A DNA stretch of 64,000 nt from Candidatus Woesearchaeota archaeon (GCA_937912225.1 CALDOJ010000034.1:556-64555); one strand, 5' to 3'. Counted from the stretch's first letter, positions 10,367 to 19,923 are shown. Notes: a model not told the origin generated them from the sequence alone. Translations and numbers: made by a program.

Positions 10367-11344
10367 ATGTTTGAACAAACAGCAGGAATGAGAATAGATA
10401 TGACCAATCAAGTTTATGATCAAAGTTGGCAATTAGAATTAAATGTTTCTGCACCAAAAAAGCCATTTGTTGATTATACAACCAGAGTTACTAACTTCAT
10501 CAATACAATGTTAGAAAATGATATTGGTGAAGGCGACTTAACAACTAAACTTGTTACAAATCCAAATCAGGAAGCTACAGCAATTATTAGCACTGAAGAA
10601 AATGGCGTTGTTGCAGGAATTGAAGAAGTAGTTAATTACTATGAAACTCATGGTGTTAAAGCCGTTCCTAAAGCAGAAGACGGAGATGTAGTTGAAAAAA
10701 ATCAAGAACTAATTTATCTTGAAGGTAAAGCACAATCTTTGTTAACACTTGAGCGAGTTGGGTTAAATATTATTAGACGAATGAGTGGCATTGCAACTTT
10801 AACAAGAGAATATGTTAATTTGTTAGAACCTTATAATACTCAGGTTGCAGGAACTAGAAAGACTAACTCTGAAGAATTATTGGAGAAAAAAGCAATCTAT
10901 CATGGAGGAGGATTAACTCATCGTTTAGGTTTAGACCAGCACATTATGATTAAGGATTGTCATTTAGATTTAATTGCTGCAGAAGGATATGAGCATCCAA
11001 TTACTGAAGCAGTAAACAGAGCTGAAGAAGTTCATTATAACACAATTGAAGTCGAGGTTAAAAATATTGGTGAAGCTGTTGAAGCTGCAAAAGCCATTTA
11101 TTCAGGGTTTGATATTGATAAACGATATGTTATAATGCTTGATAATATGCAACCAATTGAAATTACAGATACTCTTGAAGCACTTGGTAATTTGACCAGA
11201 GGAATTATCTTTGAAGCATCTGGCGGAATTAATCTTGATACTGCAGAAAGTTATGCTAAAACTGGAGTAGATGTTGTTTCTACCAGTCAAATTACTGAAC
11301 GAGCTATGCCTTTGAATATACATCAGAAGATAAAAATTAAATAA
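10367..11344 (+). CDS. nadC: Quinolinate phosphoribosyltransferase
   Basis: GDLTT, RMSGIAT, GTRKT, HRLGL..IMIKDCH, IEVEV, IMLDN, EASGGI. Confidence 0.95.
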   Translation: MFEQTAGMRIDMTNQVYDQSWQLELNVSAPKKPFVDYTTRVTNFINTMLENDIGEGDLTTKLVTNPNQEATAIISTEENGVVAGIEEVVNYYETHGVKAVPKAEDGDVVEKNQELIYLEGKAQSLLTLERVGLNIIRRMSGIATLTREYVNLLEPYNTQVAGTRKTNSEELLEKKAIYHGGGLTHRLGLDQHIMIKDCHLDLIAAEGYEHPITEAVNRAEEVHYNTIEVEVKNIGEAVEAAKAIYSGFDIDKRYVIMLDNMQPIEITDTLEALGNLTRGIIFEASGGINLDTAESYAKTGVDVVSTSQITERAMPLNIHQKIKIK

Positions 11345-11362
11345 AAAAATAAAAAAAATTAT

Positions 11363-11962
11363 TTATTCAAAAAGATTAGTTGGTGCAACACTTGTTCCTG
11401 CATCCGCTTCAAACATATCTCTGGTTTCAAATCCGAATATTCCGGCCATTATATTTGAAGGAAATTTTCTAACTTTCAAATTATAATTTTTTACAGCTTT
11501 ATTGAAAATATCTCTTTCAACTTTAATTCGGTTTTCAGTTCCAGCTAATTCATCTTGAAGTGATAAGAAATTTTCTGTAGCTTTTAATTCAGGGTATCTT
11601 TCTACATTAATATTTAATCCAGAAAATCCTGCTACTGCACTTTCAACTTGCATAGATGCTGCACTTACTTCTGCAGGTGTACTTGCTGATGCCATTGCTT
11701 GTTGTGCTGCAACTGCACTTGTTCTTACTGCAGCGATTTGAGTGTGTGTTTCTTGTTCAAATTCTACTGCTGCTTGTACCGTGTCAACTAGATTTGGAAT
11801 CAAATCTGCTCGTCTTTGATATGCTGTTTGTACGTTAGCCCATTTTTCATCAACAGTTTCATCAACTGTGATTAAACCATTGTACGAACCAATAACCATC
11901 AATATCAGCAAAGCTGCTACTCCTAGTACAATCCATAAAGTTCGATTATTTTTTTTTGCCAT
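11363..11962 (-). CDS. lemA: LemA family protein
   Basis: N-terminal TM helix, YQRRADLIPNLV, YPELKA, ELAGTENRI, FPSNIMAGIFGF. Confidence 0.93.
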   Translation of the reverse strand: MAKKNNRTLWIVLGVAALLILMVIGSYNGLITVDETVDEKWANVQTAYQRRADLIPNLVDTVQAAVEFEQETHTQIAAVRTSAVAAQQAMASASTPAEVSAASMQVESAVAGFSGLNINVERYPELKATENFLSLQDELAGTENRIKVERDIFNKAVKNYNLKVRKFPSNIMAGIFGFETRDMFEADAGTSVAPTNLFE

Positions 11963-12000
11963 TTTAATTCATCTCCTGTGAAATTAAATCTCAAAATTTT

Positions 12001-12303
12001 TTAAATTTTGTTGTTTGGTTTCACCTTTAATTTGTTCTTTTTTAAAGTCCCAAAAGCTTTGTTTTTGACTGCCTTTTTACCAAGTTCTGATAATTTATTA
12101 ATTTCTCCATCATCAAGCCACATGCCTTGACAAAATGGACAAACATCAATCACTATTTTATTTTTTTCTATTTTATCCAATTTTGAAGAACATCTTGGAC
12201 AGGTTAAATCATTATCATCCGATATTAATAATCTTTTCCCTAAGAAAATCCAAGATAGTTTTTGTTTGAGTTTACTTGTACCTGTTTCTTTTATTTCTGA
12301 CAT
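12001..12303 (-). CDS. Zinc-ribbon (zf-TFIIB-like) protein
   Basis: CPRC...IDVCPFCQGMWLDDGEI; likely start MSEIK at 12303. Confidence 0.8.
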   Translation of the reverse strand: MSEIKETGTSKLKQKLSWIFLGKRLLISDDNDLTCPRCSSKLDKIEKNKIVIDVCPFCQGMWLDDGEINKLSELGKKAVKNKAFGTLKKNKLKVKPNNKI

Positions 12304-12304
12304 T

Positions 12305-13066
12305 TTACCATCCTCCTCCGGCTCCGCCGCCGCCAAAACCACCGCCACCAAAGCCACCAAAGCTTCCACCGCCACCAAATCCTCCTCGTCCGCCTCTTAA
12401 CATTGAGGACGCAAGCATAGCAGCAAAGAAAAGATTTCCATTATCTTTTCTTGTTCCGTGTTTTCCTTGACCTTTTGCAGCAATTGATCTTATCATTGAC
12501 ATTATAAAAAATACTATTAAAAATATTAATCCAGGACTAATACCTGGTTGTGTTCTTGGTGTTGGAATTGCAACTTTATTTGTTAATTCGACTTGTAATT
12601 CATTTGCAATTTCATTTATTGCAGCCATACTACCTTCAAAATAAGATTCTTCTTTAAAATACGGAACTAATAATTCTCGCCCAATCCTACCAACTTTTGC
12701 ATCGTTAAAAATAGGCTCTAAACCTCTTCCAACATTAAACCAGTATGCTCTGTCTTCAACTGCAATTAATAATAATAAACCGTTGTTTGTTTCTGAATTA
12801 CCTAAGTTTTCATTAGAAATTTCTTGAGCAAACATTTGAATATCATAACCATCTAATGATTTGATAGTTACAATTGAAACTTCAGCTATTTTTGAATTAT
12901 AAATATTTAATAATGAACTGCTCAACAGTTCTTCTTGTGCATCAGAAAAGATATTCCCATAATCATTCACTAAATAAGTTATTTTTATTTCTGAAGGAGA
13001 TTCGGCAATAGTTAAAGGTATAACTAATAATAAAATTGTTAATAGAACTAAATATTTTGTTCTCAT
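12305..13066 (-). CDS. TPM-domain (YgcG-like) membrane protein with Gly-rich tail
   Basis: VNDYGNIFS, NGLLLLIAVEDR..VGRGLE, GGGFGGGGAGGGW tail; typical LemA partner; start placed at MRTK. Confidence 0.88.
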   Translation of the reverse strand: MRTKYLVLLTILLLVIPLTIAESPSEIKITYLVNDYGNIFSDAQEELLSSSLLNIYNSKIAEVSIVTIKSLDGYDIQMFAQEISNENLGNSETNNGLLLLIAVEDRAYWFNVGRGLEPIFNDAKVGRIGRELLVPYFKEESYFEGSMAAINEIANELQVELTNKVAIPTPRTQPGISPGLIFLIVFFIMSMIRSIAAKGQGKHGTRKDNGNLFFAAMLASSMLRGGRGGFGGGGSFGGFGGGGFGGGGAGGGW

Positions 13067-13158
13067 AAAGAAGAGTGCAGAAAGCATAATATAAAAAACT
13101 ATTGAATATTGTTTTTTTTTCAAAAAGTTATTAAACAAACTCGCGTCACTTTTTAGTT

Positions 13159-15258
13159 ATGAGTTCAGATTTAGATTACATAACAGTTCTTGAAGCTTTA
13201 CAAAGCATTCCTTTTAATGTTGGAAAGAAATTGTTATCAGATGTTTTAAGAGGAGATGATAAGAACGAGTCTGTTAAAAAGAATTTTTTGAATCGTTTAG
13301 ATACTTTTGGAACTCTCGCGTATGAACCTCATGAAATCAATGCCATAGTTGATAGATTAATATTAAATGGTTTAATTAAATCTGTTTCTTTGCCTGGAAA
13401 ATCTTTTTGGAAGGTTTTAGAGCTTACTCCTAAAGGCAGAGAAGAAATTCTTAATCCTACTTTACATAAGAAAAAGCTTTCAAATCATGTTAAACATTAT
13501 GAAACTAATATTACTGATAAAGATAGAACAGTATTTTCTGCTCTTGAGTCATTTTTGTCTAAATTTAATGATGGTCAGAAAAAAGCAATTATTAGTTCTA
13601 ATAAACACATTTTGTGTATTGCAGGTGCAGGTTCAGGAAAAACTACTGTTTTAACAAAGAGAATCGAGTTTTTAACAAAGTATAAATCAGTTAATCCTTC
13701 AAAAGTTTTAGCAATTACTTTTACTAGAAAAGCTCGTCAAGAAATGATGGCTCGTATTGGAAAGTTTGATCCTTTAGGAAAAATTAGAGTTGAAACTTTT
13801 AATTCGTTCTGTGAAAAAATATTGCAAAAACATAATGATTTGGTTTATGGCAAAAAAGTTCGAGTATTAGCCTATAGAGAAAAATTTTCTGTTATTAATA
13901 AAGCACTTGCTTCATTAAATACTAATATGAAACGAGCTGTTGCTTCATACTTTACAACTCAGCAAAGAAGTGGCCGGTCTGATGAACAATTAGCAAGTAT
14001 TTTCATGAACGATTGTTTTTTTATTAGAGATTATTTTAAATTTAAGAATTTGCCTTTATCTTCAAAATTATTTGAAGGTGCAGATTATAAAAACAAACCA
14101 AGCGCAGAATTAGTTTATCATGTTTCTAAATATATTGAGGAATTTATGAATGAAGAAGGATTGCGAGATTTTGCAGATCAATTATTAGATACTATGAATC
14201 TGTTTAGAGTCCATCCTGAGTTAATTCCAAAGTTCGAACATATTTTAATTGATGAATACCAAGATGTTAATTCTACTCAAATAGAATTTGTTGATATGTT
14301 AAATGTTTCAAATGTTTTTGCAGTTGGTGACCCTCGTCAATCAATCTTTGGATGGAGAGGCTCAGACATTAAATATATTTTAGGTTTTGAAGAAAAGTAT
14401 GAAGGTTGTGAAGTTGTATCTTTAGTTATGAACTATCGTTCTACAAAAGCAATTGTTGACTTAATGAATTCTGCAATTAAATCTTTAGGAATGAATGATT
14501 TAGAAAGCAGTTTTGAAGGTGAACGAGAATTGTCGTTGTTAAAATTTAGTTCTGAATATTCTGAATTTAATCATGTTGTTGAAGAAATTAAAAAATCAAC
14601 TGTTCCTAGAAAAGAAATATTTGTTTTAGCTAGAACCAATAAACAATTAAATGAATTATCCAATATGTTAAAGAATAATTTGATTGATCATGTTGTTAAA
14701 AGCGATGAGATGAAGTCTTCAATTCTTGCTGGAGCAAATCAAGTAACTCTTGCCACAATTCATGCAATTAAAGGTTTAGAAGCAGACTTAGTTTATGTTG
14801 TTGGTTGTAATGGTTCAAACTTTCCATGTAAAGGAAGCGAACATCCAATAATCGATCTTGTTAAAGTTGATGAATATGATAAAGAAGAAGAGGAAAAAAG
14901 ATTGTTTTATGTTGCAATTTCACGAGCTCGAAAGAAATTATGTTTATCTTATTCTGGAACTAGAGCTACAATGTTTATTACTGAAGAAATGCTGAAAATG
15001 TTAAAAGAAGAAAACAAAGTGATGACTGAAGACGAAGAAGGTTCTACTAAAGGGTTAGAAAGAAGATTAAAGGACTGGCGGTTGATGAAAGCAAAAGAGT
15101 TAGGAGTACCTGCTTACACAATCATGCACGACAAAACGATTATAGACATTCGAATGAAATTACCTCAGAGTTTACGAGAGTTAGAAGAAGTTTATGGCTT
15201 TGGACCAACTAAAATCATGAGGTATGGTGAAGAAGTATTGGGGCTTATTATTGGTTGA
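13159..15258 (+). CDS. UvrD/Rep-family SF1 helicase with N-terminal RQC-like and C-terminal HRDC domains
   Basis: AGAGSGKT, IDEYQD, VGDPRQSIFGWRG, NYRS, TIHAIKGLE, RLFYVAISRAR; C-terminal LKDWR..AKELGVPAY..GFGPTK..YG (HRDC). Confidence 0.88.
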   Translation: MSSDLDYITVLEALQSIPFNVGKKLLSDVLRGDDKNESVKKNFLNRLDTFGTLAYEPHEINAIVDRLILNGLIKSVSLPGKSFWKVLELTPKGREEILNPTLHKKKLSNHVKHYETNITDKDRTVFSALESFLSKFNDGQKKAIISSNKHILCIAGAGSGKTTVLTKRIEFLTKYKSVNPSKVLAITFTRKARQEMMARIGKFDPLGKIRVETFNSFCEKILQKHNDLVYGKKVRVLAYREKFSVINKALASLNTNMKRAVASYFTTQQRSGRSDEQLASIFMNDCFFIRDYFKFKNLPLSSKLFEGADYKNKPSAELVYHVSKYIEEFMNEEGLRDFADQLLDTMNLFRVHPELIPKFEHILIDEYQDVNSTQIEFVDMLNVSNVFAVGDPRQSIFGWRGSDIKYILGFEEKYEGCEVVSLVMNYRSTKAIVDLMNSAIKSLGMNDLESSFEGERELSLLKFSSEYSEFNHVVEEIKKSTVPRKEIFVLARTNKQLNELSNMLKNNLIDHVVKSDEMKSSILAGANQVTLATIHAIKGLEADLVYVVGCNGSNFPCKGSEHPIIDLVKVDEYDKEEEEKRLFYVAISRARKKLCLSYSGTRATMFITEEMLKMLKEENKVMTEDEEGSTKGLERRLKDWRLMKAKELGVPAYTIMHDKTIIDIRMKLPQSLRELEEVYGFGPTKIMRYGEEVLGLIIG

Positions 15259-15325
15259 ATAATTTCTACAATAATTAAAGATCATAAAAATAATAACTTC
15301 AAATTTATATTTCAAAGTTAATGTT

Positions 15326-16273
15326 CTATTTTTGATACTTTTTTCTTATCTCATCAACTGTTTTGATTGTATTTGGTTGTGCCATCAAGAATACTATATA
15401 AGAATATGCCATTGAGTGATATATTACTGCAAATTCTTTTTCATTACATTTGTTTGAAAGTTTTGGTCCTTCATCAAAGTATATTTTATTCCATAAGTGA
15501 TTAATTTCTGTAAATTCTTTAGTATTACTTTTGTGATACATTTTATAAAATAATTCATATAATTTTCCTGATTTTTCATATAGCGAAATTACTTCTTTGT
15601 TTATTTTTTCATCAGATTTTATTTTGTTTAACTTTTGATAAAGAAAATAATTATCATAGTTTGTTATAACTAGTCTTTCTAATAATAAATCTGCAAAAAC
15701 CTCTTCTATTCTTGAAATTAATGCTTGTTTATGTATTGCTCTTCTACAAAACAAAGAGAATCTTCTAGTATCAGATATTAATTGGTCCAGTAGTTTTTGA
15801 TTATCAAATTTATTCTTTATTATATCTTCTAATACAACTGTGTGAGTATACTTTATTATGTTTAATAATCGATCCATGATGGTTTTTACTTCTTTAATTG
15901 TTGGGTGTGCTGTTTCTGCAATTTTGCAATAGTTATCTTTTTGTTTAACAATTTCAAAACCATTCAGATTAGATACTATTTCTTGTATTATATTCATTGC
16001 ATCTTTATCTTCAAAAGTTATTTCTAAGATATCATCGCCTCGAAGATAATGATTTTCTATATTTATCCTGTAATAATGATCTATTCCTTTTTTTAAGTGT
16101 AAAGAAACTTTTTTTGATTCAGATATATTATCAGTTGTAATTTTTAATCCTTCTTCGTCTTCTAAAATTTCAACTTCATCAGATCCTTCAAGACTATGAT
16201 CTCTAATCCATTTAATTGGGAGAGTAACTGTGTATGCAGTTTTTTGTCGGGTAATTTTTCGTTTCATAGACAA
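15326..16273 (-). CDS. Archaeal AbrB-N / PhoU-like regulator
   Basis: RKITRQ..YTVTLPIKWIRDHSL..EVEI AbrB-type N-terminus; GFEIV motif; helical C-terminus. Confidence 0.75.
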   Translation of the reverse strand: MSMKRKITRQKTAYTVTLPIKWIRDHSLEGSDEVEILEDEEGLKITTDNISESKKVSLHLKKGIDHYYRINIENHYLRGDDILEITFEDKDAMNIIQEIVSNLNGFEIVKQKDNYCKIAETAHPTIKEVKTIMDRLLNIIKYTHTVVLEDIIKNKFDNQKLLDQLISDTRRFSLFCRRAIHKQALISRIEEVFADLLLERLVITNYDNYFLYQKLNKIKSDEKINKEVISLYEKSGKLYELFYKMYHKSNTKEFTEINHLWNKIYFDEGPKLSNKCNEKEFAVIYHSMAYSYIVFLMAQPNTIKTVDEIRKKYQK

Positions 16274-16372
16274 GTATAAGTTTAACTCATTTATAAAGTT
16301 TTCCCGGGATATATAGGAAATATAATGGAATCATATATATTATTATGAATAACCACTATATTGTGATTAAAA

Positions 16373-16747
16373 ATGAAAGAAAAATTAACAAAAACATTAA
16401 CTAAAGGAGATCTTGAAGTAAATTGGGGTTTCAAAGAAAAATTATTTGTCGGATCTTTTTTTACACCTCAGATTATGTCTTTTTTAACAGGCGTAGGAGT
16501 TGCACTCAATGAAGAAAATGGTCCTGTAGGATTAGAAAATATGGTTTACTTATCAGTTCCTGTCATAGGTGGAATTGTAGCTGCACTTGGAACAGGTGTT
16601 GTTGCAATACCGTTAGGATATGCTTCGCATTCCTCTCCTTCAGATATAATAAAACCAATGGCTTTTATGGGCGGTGTTTATACTGCAACATCTTGTGTCG
16701 CATTAGGACTAGGGTACGGAATAGTTAAAGGAATTAAATATTTGTGA
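16373..16747 (+). CDS. Hypothetical membrane protein
   Basis: Three hydrophobic Gly-rich segments. Confidence 0.6.
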   Translation: MKEKLTKTLTKGDLEVNWGFKEKLFVGSFFTPQIMSFLTGVGVALNEENGPVGLENMVYLSVPVIGGIVAALGTGVVAIPLGYASHSSPSDIIKPMAFMGGVYTATSCVALGLGYGIVKGIKYL

Positions 16748-16796
16748 AAAAAATAGTTTAGTTCATTCTGAGCATTCAATCTCGTTCTACCACACT

Positions 16797-16905
16797 TATA
16801 TACTACAAAACCACAATCTTTATATAGACTAAGTGTTTAACTAACACTAAGATAATAAACGCAACACTTATTCTTACGAAAGACTAAGTGTAAAACAAAC
16901 AATAA
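16797..16905 (+). promoter_or_regulatory. Promoter/leader of second NAD/ADP-ribose operon with two NrtR-type operators (copy 2)
   Basis: TATA 16819-16826; TAAGTGTTTAACTAACACTAA 16830-16850 (identical to 6841-6861); TAAGTGT-AAAACAA-ACAATAA 16885-16905. Confidence 0.85.
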
Positions 16906-16918
16906 CTAAACAAAGAAA

Positions 16919-17032
16919 ATGACAAACATAACAACAAACGAAGAACTAAGAGACCTAGGAACTGTTCATGGTAAAGAAGGCAACTTCGCAGTTCTAATGG
17001 TGAACCAAGAGGTACAATTCGTACAAATATAG
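16919..17032 (+). CDS. 37-aa small ORF heading the operon
   Basis: MTNITTNEELRDLGTVHGKEGNFAVLMVNQEVQFVQI*; its TAG abuts, in frame, the radical SAM ORF. Confidence 0.5.
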   Translation: MTNITTNEELRDLGTVHGKEGNFAVLMVNQEVQFVQI

Positions 17033-17917
17033 GTGATTAAAACGAGAATACAAACATATAGCGTAATTGCAGGAAGCACAGCATGCAATGCTAAATGCCC
17101 ATACTGTGTTTCAAGAATGACACCAAAAGTTGGACTCGACTATAAAATCAGCGAGCCAAACTGGCGAAACTTTGAGAAAGGATGCGAATATGCAAAAGAC
17201 AGTGGAGTCTCAACAGTTTTAATCACAGGTAAAGGCGAGCCAACATTATTCCCTGATCAAATATCAGATTATTTAACTCATTTAGAGAATTACAAGTTCC
17301 CATTCATCGAAATGCAAACAAACGGTATAACATTAGCCAAACAACAAGAGAAAATGAAACCATACCTAAAAGACTGGTATGACAAGGGACTTACAACATT
17401 TGCAATCTCAATGGTTCATTACGATTCAAAGAAGAACAAAGAAATCTACGAACCTACTGCAAAAGAACACTACGAACTTGAAGATTTAATCAAAAACCTA
17501 CATGATGAAGGATTCTCAGTAAGATTAACAAATGTAATGGTTAAAGATTACATAGACAATCTTGAAGGAGTTTTAGATTTAATCAACTTTGCAAAAGAAA
17601 ACAAAGTCGAACAATTAACAGTAAGGTCAGTTGAATCACCAAACGAAGCAGAAGATGCAAGCGTAAAAGAATGGGCTGACGAAAGAAAAATAGAACAAGA
17701 AAAAGTTGACGAAATTAGAGATTTCTTAGACGAAAACGGAACCAGACTTCTAGAATTAGTTCATGGAGCAATTGTTTATGATTACGAAGGACAAAATATC
17801 TGTGTTAGCAACTGTCTAACAATGGATCCAAACGAAGAGCGAATCAGACAATTAATTTTCTTCCCAGACGGACATTTAAGATATGACTGGGCACATGAGG
17901 GGGCAATAATACTATGA
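17033..17917 (+). CDS. Radical SAM protein
   Basis: CNAKCPYC (CxxxCxxC), ITGKGEP, MQTNG; the real start may be ACG at 17042 (see findings). Confidence 0.88.
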   Translation: MIKTRIQTYSVIAGSTACNAKCPYCVSRMTPKVGLDYKISEPNWRNFEKGCEYAKDSGVSTVLITGKGEPTLFPDQISDYLTHLENYKFPFIEMQTNGITLAKQQEKMKPYLKDWYDKGLTTFAISMVHYDSKKNKEIYEPTAKEHYELEDLIKNLHDEGFSVRLTNVMVKDYIDNLEGVLDLINFAKENKVEQLTVRSVESPNEAEDASVKEWADERKIEQEKVDEIRDFLDENGTRLLELVHGAIVYDYEGQNICVSNCLTMDPNEERIRQLIFFPDGHLRYDWAHEGAIIL

Positions 17918-18804
17918 GACGAATAAAATTAGCAAGAATGAACCCAGAACAAGTTGCCAATGAAATTGGAGATTTCATCATTAACTACACATTCGGCTCA
18001 AAAGGAGGAGTAATGGGTTTGTCAGGAGGCGTTGATTCAACAACTGTTGCAGCATTAACAAAAAAAGCTTTTGACAGATATAATCAACACAACAAAAACC
18101 AACTAGAACTTGTTGGATACATGCTTCCTTCAGGAGTTAATAATAAAGAAGATACTAAAGACGGAGTTTATGTTGCAAACAAATTAGGCATCAGATATGA
18201 AATACAAAACATCGATGCAATCGTTAATTCTTACAAAACTACTAATCCCAAAACACTAGAAAATAATTTTCACAAAGGAAATCTAATGTCTGAAGTTCGA
18301 GCTTCAATTCTACACAGAAAAGCGGCAACTGAAGGAAAATCAGTAATTGGAACTGGTAATAAAGATGAAGATTTTGGAATTGGTTATTACACTTTATTTG
18401 GAGATGGTGCAGTTCATATGAGCCCAATCGGTAACTTACCAAAAAGATTAGTTAGAGAAATGGCAGCATACCTGGGATTTACAGAATTAGCTAACAGAAT
18501 TCCAACTGCAGGTCTAGAACCAGATCAAACTGACTTCAAAGATTTAGGTTACAGCTACGACGTTGTAGAACTAATCACTGAAGGAATAAATCAAGGATTC
18601 GAATATAACCAATTAATCAATCATGAACAAGTAATTCCATTAGTAAACAAAGAACTGGAGGCATACGAAAAAATGTACGAAACAAGAAAATTTAACTCTG
18701 TAGAAGACGTTGTAAATGACATATACAACAGACACGATTTAGCAAACATCAAAGCAAATATCATCAACCCACCAATTGCAGAAATAACATTAGAATACAG
18801 GTAA
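17914..18804 (+). CDS. nadE: NH3-dependent NAD+ synthetase
   Basis: GLSGGVDS PP-loop, GTGNKDE, GYYTLFGDG, PTAGL..QTD..DLG; no glutaminase domain. Confidence 0.93.
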   Translation: MRRIKLARMNPEQVANEIGDFIINYTFGSKGGVMGLSGGVDSTTVAALTKKAFDRYNQHNKNQLELVGYMLPSGVNNKEDTKDGVYVANKLGIRYEIQNIDAIVNSYKTTNPKTLENNFHKGNLMSEVRASILHRKAATEGKSVIGTGNKDEDFGIGYYTLFGDGAVHMSPIGNLPKRLVREMAAYLGFTELANRIPTAGLEPDQTDFKDLGYSYDVVELITEGINQGFEYNQLINHEQVIPLVNKELEAYEKMYETRKFNSVEDVVNDIYNRHDLANIKANIINPPIAEITLEYR

Positions 18805-18809
18805 ATAAA

Positions 18810-18872
18810 ATGCGACCCCAAACAAAAATAGAATTTTTGAAAATTCATAATTTCAAAAAGGTGAAACCATGA
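18810..18872 (+). other. 20-aa bridging micro-ORF containing a hairpin
   Basis: MRPQTKIEFLKIHNFKKVKP*; stop overlaps the NUDIX ATG (ATGA); contains TTTTTGAAA...TTTCAAAAA. Confidence 0.45.
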
Positions 18873-19306
18873 ATCAACCATACCCACTACCAGCAACAGA
18901 CGTAATAATAGAATACAAAAATTGTGTTAAAGAAGGAATTGTATTAATTACTAGAAAATATAATTCTAAAGGCAAAATTGCTTTACCTGGTGGACATGCA
19001 GAGCTTGGATTAACACTCGAAGATAACGCGGTAAAAGAAGCTAAAGAAGAAACTGGACTAGATGTAATAATTCAAAATCCAAACAGACCTTGGGTTTATT
19101 CTGATGGAAATAGAGATCCTCGAGGCCATTACATCAGCAATACTTACATCGCAACTGGAACCGGAACAATACAAGCAGGTGACGATGCTGCAACTGCAAC
19201 TCTTTACAGTTTAGATGAAGTTGTTAATCTGCTTGATAAAAATAAATTTGCATTCGATCATGAAGATATTGTAAAAGATTATCTAAGACATAGGAGGGTT
19301 CTATAA
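18869..19306 (+). CDS. NUDIX hydrolase (ADP-ribose pyrophosphatase-like)
   Basis: LPGGHAELGLTLEDNAVKEAKEETG Nudix box, RDPRGH, AGDDA, AFDH. Confidence 0.9.
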   Translation: MNQPYPLPATDVIIEYKNCVKEGIVLITRKYNSKGKIALPGGHAELGLTLEDNAVKEAKEETGLDVIIQNPNRPWVYSDGNRDPRGHYISNTYIATGTGTIQAGDDAATATLYSLDEVVNLLDKNKFAFDHEDIVKDYLRHRRVL

Positions 19307-19307
19307 A

Positions 19308-19922
19308 ATGAGTTTAGGAAGGACAGGTTTTATTGGAAGATTCAAACCATTACATTTGGGAGCTGCTTTAGCACTTGAAACATTATGCCAACAATCAGAT
19401 CACGTAATTATTGGTATTGGCAGTTCTAATAAATATAATGCTCGAAGTCCTTTTACAGCCGAAGAATCTGAAGATATGATTAATGCTGTTTTAGCAGAAT
19501 ATTCTAATTATGAAATTGTTAAAATCCCTGATTTTGCTCAAGAAGCGAAATATAGCGATGGTAATAAATGGAAAAGTTATATGATTCAAGAATTTGGAAC
19601 GCTCGATCATTTCGTTTCAGGAAATACTTATGTTTCAGATTTATTGTCAACTCATTACGATGTTATTCATCCCGCTTCTTTAATTCCTCCAGATGAACAA
19701 ATTCCAATTAGAGCAACAGAAGTTAGAATTAAAATGGCTCAAAACACTGTTTGGCAATCATTAGTTCCTGAAATAGTTGTTGATTATTTAGAGAATAACA
19801 ATCTTGTTGAAAGGTTTAGAAATGAGTTTGGTTTAGAAACACTTACTCACTTAATCAACCATCCAGATTATCTTACTGATGAGAGTACTTTAGCAGAAAA
19901 ATTACATACAACGGAGACATAA
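19308..19922 (+). CDS. nadM: NadM-like NMN/NaMN adenylyltransferase
   Basis: FIGRFKPLHLGA, IIGIGSS, PFTAEE, IRATEVR..WQSLVP; the HxGH motif is altered to HLGA. Confidence 0.8.
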   Translation: MSLGRTGFIGRFKPLHLGAALALETLCQQSDHVIIGIGSSNKYNARSPFTAEESEDMINAVLAEYSNYEIVKIPDFAQEAKYSDGNKWKSYMIQEFGTLDHFVSGNTYVSDLLSTHYDVIHPASLIPPDEQIPIRATEVRIKMAQNTVWQSLVPEIVVDYLENNNLVERFRNEFGLETLTHLINHPDYLTDESTLAEKLHTTET

Positions 19923-19923
19923 A

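Noticed and set aside
12305-12395. GC-rich CCG/CCA repeat tract
   Set aside because: Encodes the ordinary Gly-rich tail of the TPM protein.
6808-16905. Duplicated ~109-bp segment as IS ends, att sites or CRISPR repeats
   Set aside because: Only two copies, each with a TATA box and operators directly upstream of an operon; no transposase, integrase, spacers or cas genes.
16919-17917. Amber read-through or TAG recoding fusing the 37-aa ORF to the radical SAM
   Set aside because: TAG is a normal stop elsewhere (genes ending at 15326, 25278, 26689, 37071), and an SD sits at the junction, favouring separate initiation.
17033-17917. Viperin-like antiviral radical SAM
   Set aside because: Lacks the viperin N-x-H...CNYxCxFCF and NFxGGEP context; only the generic CxxxCxxC is shared.
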